DNA of 64,000 bases from an uncultured candidate division Zixibacteria bacterium. Lineage in GTDB: Bacteria > Zixibacteria > MSB-5A5 > GN15 > FEB-12. Position numbers and translations under genes: made by a program. The stretch is from contig CAVTJJ010000004.1 in NCBI GenBank assembly GCA_963735035.1, forward strand, positions 224,001 through 288,000. Reading direction: 5' to 3'. The notes beneath the pieces are model-generated. The model did no database searches. It worked only from the letters and a program-made list of their open reading frames with translations, and was not told the origin of the DNA. This document shows positions 32,216 to 41,525 of this stretch, piece after piece (the first letter of the stretch is position 1; every line of letters begins with the position of its first letter).

Positions 32216-32959
32216 TCAGCGGGCCGTGGTCTGGCGCGCTTGAAGTCCCAGACACTTATTTATCGCAGCCCCCAGTAGGACGTCGATCGTGTCTACCAGC
32301 GGAACGGGGAATTCCTCGGGCTTCATAACCAGGGGCAACTCGGTGCAACCGGCGATGATTGCTTCGGCGCCTGCGTCAATCAAGATCTGCGCTCCTTGAG
32401 CAAGCATCACTTTGGGTTTGCCTTCGACATTGCCGGCTTTGATACCCCACGGGGCATAGACCGGCTGCATGAAGTAAGTCTCCTGATCCGATTCGTCGAG
32501 AAGCAGCGATTCGATACCCAGCTTGTGTAGCGGCTTCTGGAACAAATTCATCGAGATTGATCCGTTCGTGGCCATCACGCCAACTTTTTTCACACCGAGT
32601 TCGCGGCATCGTTCAGCGGTCTGCTCCAGTCCGTCGATGATCACCGCTTTCGAGTGTTCTCGTAGTTGCGGAATGAAATAATGCGAGGTCATGCAGGCGA
32701 GGATAATATAATCGGAGCCCATCCGGTTCAGAATCTCCACGGAGCGCTTGAGTTCCGGCATCGGGTCGGGTCCACCGTAGAGAATAGCCGCCGTCCGATC
32801 CGGGATCGTGGGGTTATTGTGAAGGAATGTCTCGACGTGGTTCTGGTCGATCTGGGCCGGAGTGAGCTCGACCAACCGCTTGAAGAAATAGGCTGCCGCC
32901 ACGGAGCCCATGCCGCCGATTATACCCAGCCGGGGACGCTTTTCCATCAGTACTGACAC
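32216..32959 (-). CDS. Aspartate/glutamate racemase family protein
   Basis: LGIIGGMG, IPDRT, ACMTSH and AGCTELP (two catalytic Cys). Confidence 0.92.
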   Translation of the reverse strand: MSVLMEKRPRLGIIGGMGSVAAAYFFKRLVELTPAQIDQNHVETFLHNNPTIPDRTAAILYGGPDPMPELKRSVEILNRMGSDYIILACMTSHYFIPQLREHSKAVIIDGLEQTAERCRELGVKKVGVMATNGSISMNLFQKPLHKLGIESLLLDESDQETYFMQPVYAPWGIKAGNVEGKPKVMLAQGAQILIDAGAEAIIAGCTELPLVMKPEEFPVPLVDTIDVLLGAAINKCLGLQARQTTAR

Positions 32960-33073
32960 TCCGATTCTGAATAGTTATTTGAGCCCTCGGGCTCTCAACT
33001 TCTTATCGGTCAACCGTGCATCTGAGTCAAAGGTTCACTGAAAAAAAGTCGCCCCGGAAGAAAATCTGCGACT

Positions 33074-33847
33074 CTATGGGGTCGTTTTCAAGCTCCGGGA
33101 TGGGCCGGAAACCGGCGGGTTAAGGACTTTCAGCACTTCGGTTGCTATGACTCGGTAGCCGTCCAGGTTCAAATCAACTTTGGTCCGGGCCAGATTATGC
33201 CGGAGATATCCGTTCTGGTCTACCACCGCCGTCCGCCAGTCGGCCAACAGGTAGCCGTTCTGTTGAGCCAGGTCGGTTACTAACTGACTGTACAAGGCGG
33301 CGGTGTCACGGACGATGAAATCCTCATGTTCGAACACCTGGTAGTCATCGCAGGGGGGAATACAGGTAGTTAGAATCGGCTCGACCCCCTGGCAGCGAGC
33401 CAGGGCAGCCATGGTACGGACGTAATCGAACACTTCGCGCACGTTCGTATTCGGAAGGAAATTGTAAGAGCTGACTTCGAACACGACATACCTCGGATGG
33501 AGATTAAGCACATCCGGCTGGAATCTTAGAAGGAATCCGGCCGCCCGTTGTCCTGTAACACCCCGGTTTATGGCCTCATAACCGGGGAAATACTGAGTCA
33601 GCGGCCATTCTTCCGTGACCTGCGTTCCGAAGAACACCACCCGGTTGATCACGGTTGCGTCAGATTGGAGCGCCGAATTGGCGGCTTCGTATTTCTCGCG
33701 ACAAGAGAACTCGTCGATCACGTACAGATACTTATCCAGCCAGTAATTGATGTACGAGCGGTATTCGTAGGCTTTGAATCCGACATAGAGAATAGTCAGG
33801 TTGCCTATCAACGACACTAGCAGCACCAGCCGCCATTTCCTTGTCAT
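33074..33847 (-). CDS. SGNH-fold protein with degenerate catalytic motifs
   Basis: FFGTQVT (for GDSIT), INRGVTGQ, VDLN (for HPN); N-terminal TM helix. Confidence 0.75.
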   Translation of the reverse strand: MTRKWRLVLLVSLIGNLTILYVGFKAYEYRSYINYWLDKYLYVIDEFSCREKYEAANSALQSDATVINRVVFFGTQVTEEWPLTQYFPGYEAINRGVTGQRAAGFLLRFQPDVLNLHPRYVVFEVSSYNFLPNTNVREVFDYVRTMAALARCQGVEPILTTCIPPCDDYQVFEHEDFIVRDTAALYSQLVTDLAQQNGYLLADWRTAVVDQNGYLRHNLARTKVDLNLDGYRVIATEVLKVLNPPVSGPSRSLKTTP

Positions 33848-34860
33848 TGTGCCTTCTCCTTTGACCGATACCGTCCGATCAGCAACTCCCTCAGAAATCC
33901 ATAGCCCAACCCCAGATGGACCGCGACATAAATAGGCGGGGCAAGCAAGAGGTACGAGGCGCCATGGCGCAAGGCAATCCCGGCCGAAGAGCCTATCACC
34001 GCCGCGAGATACAAGCCGTAGAGGATTAGAAACAGGACCCAGAACGCGCTCGTCAACAGCGAGAGCAATGGAAGCGCCACTAACCCCAATGCAAAGAGGG
34101 GCGGAATCATCGTGCCGACTCCGAGGGTATCCGGATGTTTGCGCGCCAGGCGCATCCGACCGGTCCCATAGCGAGCCATTTGTTTGAAGAGGCCCCCGAG
34201 TGACTGACGCGGATAGTAGTAAACCGCCAGCTTTAGCGACGTAAACGCCCGGTAGCCTGCCAGGGCCACTCGGTAGTTGAATTCGTAGTCTTCGCTGGCG
34301 TCAAATTCTTCATCGAAATACCCCACTCTTGTGAATACTTCACGCTGGTACGATGCCCCCGCGCTGGCCGGGTTTACGTACATATCCTGTTCGGTGTAGA
34401 TAGTCGAATCGAGGCCGTGGCCGAGAGTTGACTTACGCACCAGGGCCACCGCCTGCTGGAATCTACTGTTGTCCGGTGTCTCCAAAAATTGTGGACGACT
34501 GAGGACCTGCACGTCGTTTTCGGTCATTAGACGGGCGGTGTTCTTCAGCAACTGATCGTTGTCAATGTAAGTGTGGCCATCGACATACGTGACAATCTCG
34601 CCGGTTGCCGCTTTGGCTCCGAGATTGCGCGCCGATGACGACCACTGCTTCAGGTTGTGGAGATATTTGACCCGGGCATCTTCGGCCGCGATTCGTCGAA
34701 CGATATCGGCGGTGTCGTCGTTGGAGTCGCCCACAGCCACCAGGATTTCGAGCTTATCGCGAGGGTAGTCCTGTTCCTGCAGGTATTTAATGGTGCGGGC
34801 GATGAATTTTGCCTCGTTGCGAATAGGCAAAACGACTGAGATTCTGGGCCAGGTTTCCAA
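33844..34860 (-). CDS. GT2 glycosyltransferase (ExoA-like)
   Basis: SVVLPIRNE, ARNLG, VDGH, GYFDE..SEDYEFNYR, LFKQMARYG; C-terminal TM helices. Confidence 0.9.
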   Translation of the reverse strand: METWPRISVVLPIRNEAKFIARTIKYLQEQDYPRDKLEILVAVGDSNDDTADIVRRIAAEDARVKYLHNLKQWSSSARNLGAKAATGEIVTYVDGHTYIDNDQLLKNTARLMTENDVQVLSRPQFLETPDNSRFQQAVALVRKSTLGHGLDSTIYTEQDMYVNPASAGASYQREVFTRVGYFDEEFDASEDYEFNYRVALAGYRAFTSLKLAVYYYPRQSLGGLFKQMARYGTGRMRLARKHPDTLGVGTMIPPLFALGLVALPLLSLLTSAFWVLFLILYGLYLAAVIGSSAGIALRHGASYLLLAPPIYVAVHLGLGYGFLRELLIGRYRSKEKAQ

Positions 34861-35244
34861 GTAAGTATCCTTCCAATGCCATGGTTAAGGACAAAGCCCG
34901 GTTGGGTCAACCCTAAAGCAAGCGCAAGGAACCGTAGGAATCGTAAGTCAAGAGGCTCCAGTTCAGGAGCTTACCAAGCTGATAGGAAAGAATGTACCAG
35001 CAGAATCTTCCCCGGTAGGTGTTTTTTGTTTGGATTATATTTGGAGACAAGACGCTATTTTCGTACTATAAAGATGATAGTCCCAGTCTTCACTTGAAGA
35101 GAATAGAGCGTTTTCAACGTACCAGAACCTTTGTATACATAGAGATTCCTGCTTTTGCAGTCCAGCTAAACCAGAGATTACCAGATATATCCGCTCGGAT
35201 GCTTCTTACCGTGCCATATCCCTGGAGGAAGGAAGTTTCCGTAA

Positions 35245-36366
35245 ATGTTCTCAACGAGTCTGAGACCTCTTGTCATAGGCGATAAGATCGCTCCGTTGCC
35301 CATAGTTCAAGGCGGCATGGGAGTGGGAATATCGCTAGCCGGTCTGGCATCGGCTGTCGCCAACGTAGGCGGAATCGGCGTTATCGCCGCCGCCGGCATC
35401 GGGATGTACGAACGCGATTTCTACTCCAACTATCTGCAGGCCAATACCAGGGCCCTGCGCCGCGAGATACGCAAAGCCAAGCTACTCACCGGAGGCATTC
35501 TCGGTCTCAACATCATGGTAGCTTTCTCCAACTACGGTGATCTTGTGCGGGTGGCTGTGGAAGAAGAAATCGACGTCATTTTCTCGGGCGCCGGTCTGCC
35601 GATGACCCTCCCGCAGTATATCGACTCCAACTCCAAGACCAAGATCGTACCGATTATTTCCTCGGGCCGCGCAGCCGCGCTTATCTGCAAACGCTGGTTG
35701 AGCAAATACGACTATCTGCCCGATGCTATCGTGGTCGAAGGACCCCGGGCCGGAGGGCATCTAGGGTTTTCCGAAGCTCAGATATTTGATCCCGCCTTTG
35801 CGCTGGAAAAACTGGTGCCGGACGTAGTAGAGCAGGTCCGCGGGTTCTCAGAACGAAGTGGCAAGCCGATTCCCGTGATTGCGGCAGGCGGTATCTACAC
35901 CGGCGCCGACATCCGGGCGATTATGGCATTGGGAGCCGATGCCGTCCAGATGGGGACACGCTTTGTCGCCACGCATGAATGCGACGCCGATGTTCTGTTC
36001 AAGCAGGCTTACATTGACGCCAAAGCTGAGGACATCGTCATCATCCACAGTCCGGTCGGGATGCCCGGACGGGCGATCCGCAATCAGTATATCGATGACG
36101 TCGGCGAGGGAATCAAGAAGCCGTATAAGTGCCCATATCACTGTATTCTCACTTGTGACTATAAGAACTCCCCATACTGCATTGCGCATGCTTTGATGAG
36201 CGCCAAACGCGGCCGGTTCCGCGCCGGTTTTGCTTTCGCGGGCGCCAATGTGCATCGGGTCAACGAGATTGTCTCGGTGAAGGAACTCGTCTCGACCCTG
36301 GTCGATGAATACGAACAATCGGCCGATGTGGCAGCTGTGCTGCCGGCTCGCCGCAAAGCGGTGTAG
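35245..36366 (+). CDS. Nitronate monooxygenase/FabK/FabX-family flavoprotein
   Basis: PIVQGGMGVG, SGAGLP, EGPRAGGH, AAGGI, VQMGTRF; C-terminal CPYHCILTC...YCIA. Confidence 0.9.
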   Translation: MFSTSLRPLVIGDKIAPLPIVQGGMGVGISLAGLASAVANVGGIGVIAAAGIGMYERDFYSNYLQANTRALRREIRKAKLLTGGILGLNIMVAFSNYGDLVRVAVEEEIDVIFSGAGLPMTLPQYIDSNSKTKIVPIISSGRAAALICKRWLSKYDYLPDAIVVEGPRAGGHLGFSEAQIFDPAFALEKLVPDVVEQVRGFSERSGKPIPVIAAGGIYTGADIRAIMALGADAVQMGTRFVATHECDADVLFKQAYIDAKAEDIVIIHSPVGMPGRAIRNQYIDDVGEGIKKPYKCPYHCILTCDYKNSPYCIAHALMSAKRGRFRAGFAFAGANVHRVNEIVSVKELVSTLVDEYEQSADVAAVLPARRKAV

Positions 36367-36368
36367 GT

Positions 36369-37112
36369 CTACTTAGACTCCTCCGGGGGAATCTTTGGCA
36401 ATCGCGCCGTCCATGGCCGACGGTATGCTCCATCCATAGTCAGACGATTGAATCCCGATTGGGCCGCCCTGATATACCCGCTCTCATCAGAGATTGGAGG
36501 CCAGGAGGCTCTAAGCTTGGGAATGTCGCGGGGAAAGAAATAGTCGCTCTCCGCTTCGATGTCCCGATCTCCGTTGCTGTCCTGTAGAGTCACGATGACC
36601 TTTCCGGCAAGTTCTTTCACGCTCGGCCAATTCCCCTGCATTTTGTCTTGAAGCACTTGTGGAGTGATCCAGCGATCGTCGCCGATCCAGTCCTTCAGGC
36701 TGTCGCGGAGTCTTAATTGCCAGTCCTTGTCCCAATTGTCAGCGCATTGGAACGAAGGAAATCGAAATGGACTGCACGGTTTCGTGGTTTTCGCTTCCAG
36801 CTTGATTATCAAGGGATGGACCGAAAGCGATTCGGCGGATAGCGCGTTACGAACCCAGTCCCCGAGACTGGATAGATGATGCCGGGGTTTTGGCCCACTG
36901 TGACCGACCTCGAAATCGGGAGAGTCAAATGGAATTCCGAAGTCTAACTCTATCTCCCAGACGTCGAACTTATCAATCTGCACTCGTGGTGGGTCGGGCA
37001 AATCGTAAGAGTTGTGAGTAGCTTTGAATTGAATCTGGTCAAGCGTGAGCGAGTCGGCACAAAGACAGACCGCCGGCAAAAGCATGAGAAAAGCAGCGAC
37101 CCTGGCCCACAT
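36369..37112 (-). CDS. Secreted PI-PLC-like phosphodiesterase fold protein
   Basis: Signal peptide; QFKATHNSY, EIELD, HPLIIKLEAK, WPSVKELAGKVI. Confidence 0.7.
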   Translation of the reverse strand: MWARVAAFLMLLPAVCLCADSLTLDQIQFKATHNSYDLPDPPRVQIDKFDVWEIELDFGIPFDSPDFEVGHSGPKPRHHLSSLGDWVRNALSAESLSVHPLIIKLEAKTTKPCSPFRFPSFQCADNWDKDWQLRLRDSLKDWIGDDRWITPQVLQDKMQGNWPSVKELAGKVIVTLQDSNGDRDIEAESDYFFPRDIPKLRASWPPISDESGYIRAAQSGFNRLTMDGAYRRPWTARLPKIPPEESK

Positions 37113-37134
37113 CACAGATAATTTACCCGTGGTA

Positions 37135-37893
37135 CTAGTCAAAACAACCGAACACCACATACTTCGGCGCTATCGCCGTTGTGTCTAACGGGACCGCGTA
37201 CTCATGCCCCGGAATTCTCACCACGTCGGTCTTACCCTTCACAAAGTCTTCCGCGGTGTAAATGAGAAAATCGGCCACCCGCGTCTTGAAATGCATCGGG
37301 ATTACCGCCCGCGTCGGTTTTAATTGCGCCACCACTGAATCAGCCGTGGCTCCCCAGAAAGTGTATTTGCCACCGACCGGGATCATAAGCACATCGACCT
37401 TGCCGATCTTCTGAAGCTGCTCCGGGTTGAGGGTCGTACCAAGATCGCCCAGATGCACCACCCGGAGGCCATCGATCTCGTACACGAAGATCGCGTTCAG
37501 AGTGCGGTTCTCGGCGGGGTTGTGGTGGAATGAACTCACGTCATAGATGTGAACACCCTTAATGGTGGTGTCGACCGGGATAAACTTCTGAGAGTCGTCA
37601 TCCCCGGTCCGAGTCTTCCCGAATATGATGTGCGGACTCCCAGCCAGTGAATCGACCGCGGCATGGTCAAAGTGATTGTGCGAAACCGTGACGACATCAG
37701 CGATCAGGTCTTTCGGCACCTGATACTCTTTGATATTGACCGGATCGATCAAGATCTTGGCGCCTTCGGGCGTGGTAATCAGAAAGCAGGACTGGCCGTA
37801 CCAGGTGAAAGTGACCTGGTGCGGAGTTTCGGCCTGGACGAACGAGCCCAATCCGAGAAGAAGCATAAGCCCTGCGAGTACGATTTCTTTCAT
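37135..37893 (-). CDS. Secreted MBL-fold metallo-hydrolase
   Basis: WYGQSCFLI, IDP, SHNHFDH, HLGDLG, IPMHF. Confidence 0.88.
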   Translation of the reverse strand: MKEIVLAGLMLLLGLGSFVQAETPHQVTFTWYGQSCFLITTPEGAKILIDPVNIKEYQVPKDLIADVVTVSHNHFDHAAVDSLAGSPHIIFGKTRTGDDDSQKFIPVDTTIKGVHIYDVSSFHHNPAENRTLNAIFVYEIDGLRVVHLGDLGTTLNPEQLQKIGKVDVLMIPVGGKYTFWGATADSVVAQLKPTRAVIPMHFKTRVADFLIYTAEDFVKGKTDVVRIPGHEYAVPLDTTAIAPKYVVFGCFD

Positions 37894-37933
37894 ATCATTA
37901 TCTCCAAAACAATGCAATCACTTCGCTCTTTGT

Positions 37934-38270
37934 ACCCCACCCAACGGGTGGTATTTGTCGCCCTGGATGCCCCGCCTGAAGCGGGGCAAGACAGAGGGGA
38001 GGCCCCGCTCATAGAGAGTGCCCGGCAGATGTCCACATCTGCCGGCTCGTACAACACTCTTCGGTACCCTACCCAGCAGGTGGGTACTTTTCGATTGCAT
38101 GAGCGATGTCGGGTTTCTCGTCGCTCCCGACATGGTCGGGCCCGACTCGGAACGCCGACCTACACTAAGCCACCCAACGGGTGGGACTTGTCGCCCCTGG
38201 GTGCCCCGCCTGAAGCGGGGCAAGACAGAGGGGAGGCCCGCTCATGAAGAGTGCCCGGCCCGCCGCGGCG
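37934..38270. repeat. Composite REP/BIME with an internal ~90-bp direct repeat
   Basis: CACCCAACGGGTGG..TGCCCCGCCTGAAGCGGGGCAAGACAGAGGGG..GTGCCCGGC at ~37938 and ~38171. Confidence 0.85.
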
Positions 38271-38409
38271 GACCTTGCGATTACGGTCCCTGGGCAATTT
38301 CAATAGTCCCAGCGCGTCTGCATCCGTCGCACGCTGGTGGACGAGGGCATCCACCAGCCACTGAGATTATGCATTCGGTCGACCGGACAAGCCAGTCTGT
38401 TTTTCGTCT

Positions 38410-38979
38410 CTACGGCTGGGCGATACCGATTACTCCGCAGGCGATCCGCGCCCCGGAGTTGCCGGTCGGCTGGGTGGTCAGGTCATCTTCCTTCTCATGA
38501 ACAACCACCGACCGCCCCAAAATCGAGCCAGGTCCGTCAAAACTGATATGTGAATCAATCCACTCCACGTGAGCGGTGCCATCGGCCTCAGCCACCAGAT
38601 TGCCCATGTCGCCCATGTGACTGGTCGCACTGGCCGGAGCGCCGTGGGTTTCACCGGCAACCATGAAATGCGGTCCGGCGGACGTGAAATCGGGGGCGCT
38701 GCAGTCACCGAACGCGTGAATATGAAAGCCGTGCTTGCCGGGGGTTAGCCCGGTGATGTCGGCCGTCACCTTGATGCCACCTTCGGTCTTTTCGAATCGG
38801 ATTATGCCGCGAACCGGGTTGTTCGCCGCCGGGACTAGAACAGCGATTGCCTTGATGACTTCGGTGGGCTTGGCAATCTTCATGTCCATTCCCCCGTGCT
38901 GCATTCCCTGCATTGTCTGGGCGGGAGCGGTCACACCGAGTAAGGCGACCACCGCGCTCAGGATCATAATCTTACGCAT
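38410..38979 (-). CDS. sodC: Periplasmic Cu/Zn superoxide dismutase
   Basis: HGFHIH, SAGPHF, HMGDMGNL, GRSVVVH..EDD, GNSGARIACGVI. Confidence 0.96.
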   Translation of the reverse strand: MRKIMILSAVVALLGVTAPAQTMQGMQHGGMDMKIAKPTEVIKAIAVLVPAANNPVRGIIRFEKTEGGIKVTADITGLTPGKHGFHIHAFGDCSAPDFTSAGPHFMVAGETHGAPASATSHMGDMGNLVAEADGTAHVEWIDSHISFDGPGSILGRSVVVHEKEDDLTTQPTGNSGARIACGVIGIAQP

Positions 38980-39273
38980 ATAGAACCGTCCTTTCGTTTA
39001 CTCCTGGCTCTGCCAGTTCTGTTCGCTCTGTAACAATTGATTTTTGATGGAGTTCACGAAAATGGACTAGTGGGTCGGGGGGCTGTGATTTCAACTGGGA
39101 GGAAATGGCAGAACCACTCCACCCAAGGGGTGGAGGGTTCTGCCCTACGGTCTGTTGAGCTGACTTAGCTATTTGGCAAGAGTCTTGTAAGTCGAAACCA
39201 GCCCGCTTCGGGCGGTTTCGACATGCAATGACAAAACCACCCACATGTTCGGTGGGGTACTGTACCCGCTATC

Positions 39274-41148
39274 TCACACCCACGGCGCATCGGAATCAAT
39301 GAACTTCCGATGGAAATACTCGAAACTGAACAACCAATCCAGTTCGTAAAACGCCTCGCCCCCCTCGCGCTGACGTTTCAGCAGCGCCTTCACGGCTGAC
39401 GGCTCGAAGTAGCCGCGCTCCTGGGTGCGTTTGTCGGTGAGGATCGACTCGTACCGGTCGCGCAGCCGTCGATCCACCCGATACCATTGAGCATGATGGG
39501 CATAGTTGCGCTTGTCGTAATATTTGTACCGGCCCAGGGTCAGTCGTTCCAGCAAGTGCATAGCCCTCCGGTAACGGGGCTTCAGGCCAAGCGGATCGCT
39601 CTTCGGGGTAGAGTACAAGTTAACCCCGGTCGCCTGGTACTCGACCGCCGCCAGGTGGGGGAACAGCGCCTTGATGTACGCAATCATGAAGCGACGTTTC
39701 GTTTTCAATAGCGACGGCAACTGCTGATAGAAATCGACCAGCTTGTCATCGTACAATGCGAAATGGTCATGCCACCGATATCGGTTACAGTCGACCCGGT
39801 TCATATAACGGGTCAGACGATTGCGTATGAAGAAGATGTCCCGCTGAAAATGAAATTTGTCGGTGACTTTGGAATGAAAGTCCATCTCCTCGGTGACATT
39901 CTTAATGAAAGCTTGCGGGAAACGGTTCCGCCACTCCGGCCTGAACAGCGCATAGAACGCCTGCATATCGTGATGGGCGCGAACAGAACGGGTGACATTC
40001 TCGATCCGCTTTTCCGGGGTCAGGACGAGGTCAATATCTTCCTCGCGGAAATAGGCGTTCCCGAAATTGGTGGGTCCGCCAAAGATGCCGTTAAGAAGGC
40101 AGGTGCTCTGCTGCGGGAGATTATACTGCGCGCCGATTCCGAGCAGGATCGCCGGGCTGAGATCGACCATCCCTTCGGCGTATCGGGCGAAATCGTCCAT
40201 GTAATCAAGCACCCATCCGGGTTGTATTTCGATGAACCGGTGCTCGAAATTGAGCGTCGCTGCCATTTTTTGGGCGATGCTAAGATCGAGGCATCCGGGT
40301 ATCCCGTGGGTAACAAAGATCGGTCTGATGCCCGCTTTGACCGCCTGCCCGGCGATCAGTCGCGAATCGAGGCCACCTGACAACGGCAGAAGGACATGTT
40401 CATATCCGGCGGTCCGCTTCTGGATCACGCCGGCGTAGGCGGCCTCGGCTCGTTCAATCAACTCCGGAACCGACGCCGTTGACTCGATATCGAAATTGAA
40501 ATCCCACCACTTGCTCAGGCGCGTTTCGCCCTGCTGATACTCGATCCGATGCCCCCCACGCAGGAATTTCGCCTTCTCGAAAATAGTCCGGTCGCCGAAC
40601 GGATAGCCGACATTGAAGAAATCTTCGATGGTATGTTTGTCCAATCCCCGGGTGAATTCCGGGCAGGCAAGGAACGCCTGAAGCTCCGTGGCAAACAAGA
40701 AAAGCTCGCCCAGATCGGCATAATAGAGATGACGGTGGCCCATCCGGTCGGTGGCGATGAGCGCCTTCTCTGCGGTTGTGTCAAAGACCGCCAGGTTGAA
40801 CGATCCGTCGATCCGGTCAGGTAGGTCATGGCCGAGTTTCCGAAAGCCGTGCACCAGTTGAGACGGCATATCGGGAGCAGTGCGTCGGACGTCGGCGGAA
40901 TTGTCTTTCCAATCATAGATGTAGCCAGAGTATGCGGCGCATCCTTCGGAGCGGTCGACCAGACGCTTTTCGTTAGGGCGCGACAGGCCCACGTAGGCCA
41001 GGGCGAACCAGGGGTGGACGGCGGTTTCGGTCGCGTAGCCGTCGGTATGGTTGAGCCGCTGACACATTTTGTCGAGGAGCCGACGATTGACCTCCACGGC
41101 GTTCGCCTCACGACCCTTCTTTCTGATAAAACCCGCAATGCCCGGCAT
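39274..41148 (-). CDS. Asparagine synthase-like amidotransferase (polysaccharide-associated)
   Basis: MPGIAG start, DGSFNLA, TDRMG, FATE, LSGGLDSR, RGYF C-terminus. Confidence 0.85.
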   Translation of the reverse strand: MPGIAGFIRKKGREANAVEVNRRLLDKMCQRLNHTDGYATETAVHPWFALAYVGLSRPNEKRLVDRSEGCAAYSGYIYDWKDNSADVRRTAPDMPSQLVHGFRKLGHDLPDRIDGSFNLAVFDTTAEKALIATDRMGHRHLYYADLGELFLFATELQAFLACPEFTRGLDKHTIEDFFNVGYPFGDRTIFEKAKFLRGGHRIEYQQGETRLSKWWDFNFDIESTASVPELIERAEAAYAGVIQKRTAGYEHVLLPLSGGLDSRLIAGQAVKAGIRPIFVTHGIPGCLDLSIAQKMAATLNFEHRFIEIQPGWVLDYMDDFARYAEGMVDLSPAILLGIGAQYNLPQQSTCLLNGIFGGPTNFGNAYFREEDIDLVLTPEKRIENVTRSVRAHHDMQAFYALFRPEWRNRFPQAFIKNVTEEMDFHSKVTDKFHFQRDIFFIRNRLTRYMNRVDCNRYRWHDHFALYDDKLVDFYQQLPSLLKTKRRFMIAYIKALFPHLAAVEYQATGVNLYSTPKSDPLGLKPRYRRAMHLLERLTLGRYKYYDKRNYAHHAQWYRVDRRLRDRYESILTDKRTQERGYFEPSAVKALLKRQREGGEAFYELDWLFSFEYFHRKFIDSDAPWV

Positions 41149-41277
41149 AAGTCTCCTGCGCGAATATGGTTACCGGCTGCCGCCGTCTTTCTACCGACCG
41201 GGAATACTAACAGTCTGTTAAGGCATCAGGCAACGTTTTTGGCGGGGGGGCGGTGTATGAGGCGCCAAGTAGAGGTT

Positions 41278-41404
41278 GTGTCAGTTCCTGCGCCCCCGAT
41301 TTCAATCGGGGGCGCAGGAACTGACACCGCTATATTCGAACGAGCAGCAGTGTCAGGTCACATCCCCATCCCGCCTCCGGCGGGCCGGGGACAGGACCTG
41401 ACAC
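41278..41404. repeat. Perfect 24-bp inverted repeat plus a related imperfect hairpin
   Basis: GTGTCAGTTCCTGCGCCCCCGATT-TC-AATCGGGGGCGCAGGAACTGACAC, then GTGTCAGGTC...GACCTGACAC. Confidence 0.85.
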
Positions 41405-41525
41405 AACCATTCTGGACACCCACCGGCAACAGACCGCGGGATATTTTGATTGAAAAGACCCCCCGCGGCCGATAGCTTGTTACAGACGTTGATGATCCAT
41501 TATCGATGCCCAAAGAATCGCGGAT

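Noticed and set aside
37934..38270. CRISPR array or IS element
   Set aside because: Only two ~90-bp copies of a REP mosaic, with no transposase ORF.
37663..38500. Short ORFs with shared peptides such as VPGRCPHL (also near 3514, 46552 and 49177-49821)
   Set aside because: They are translations of the REP-like repeats, not a protein family.
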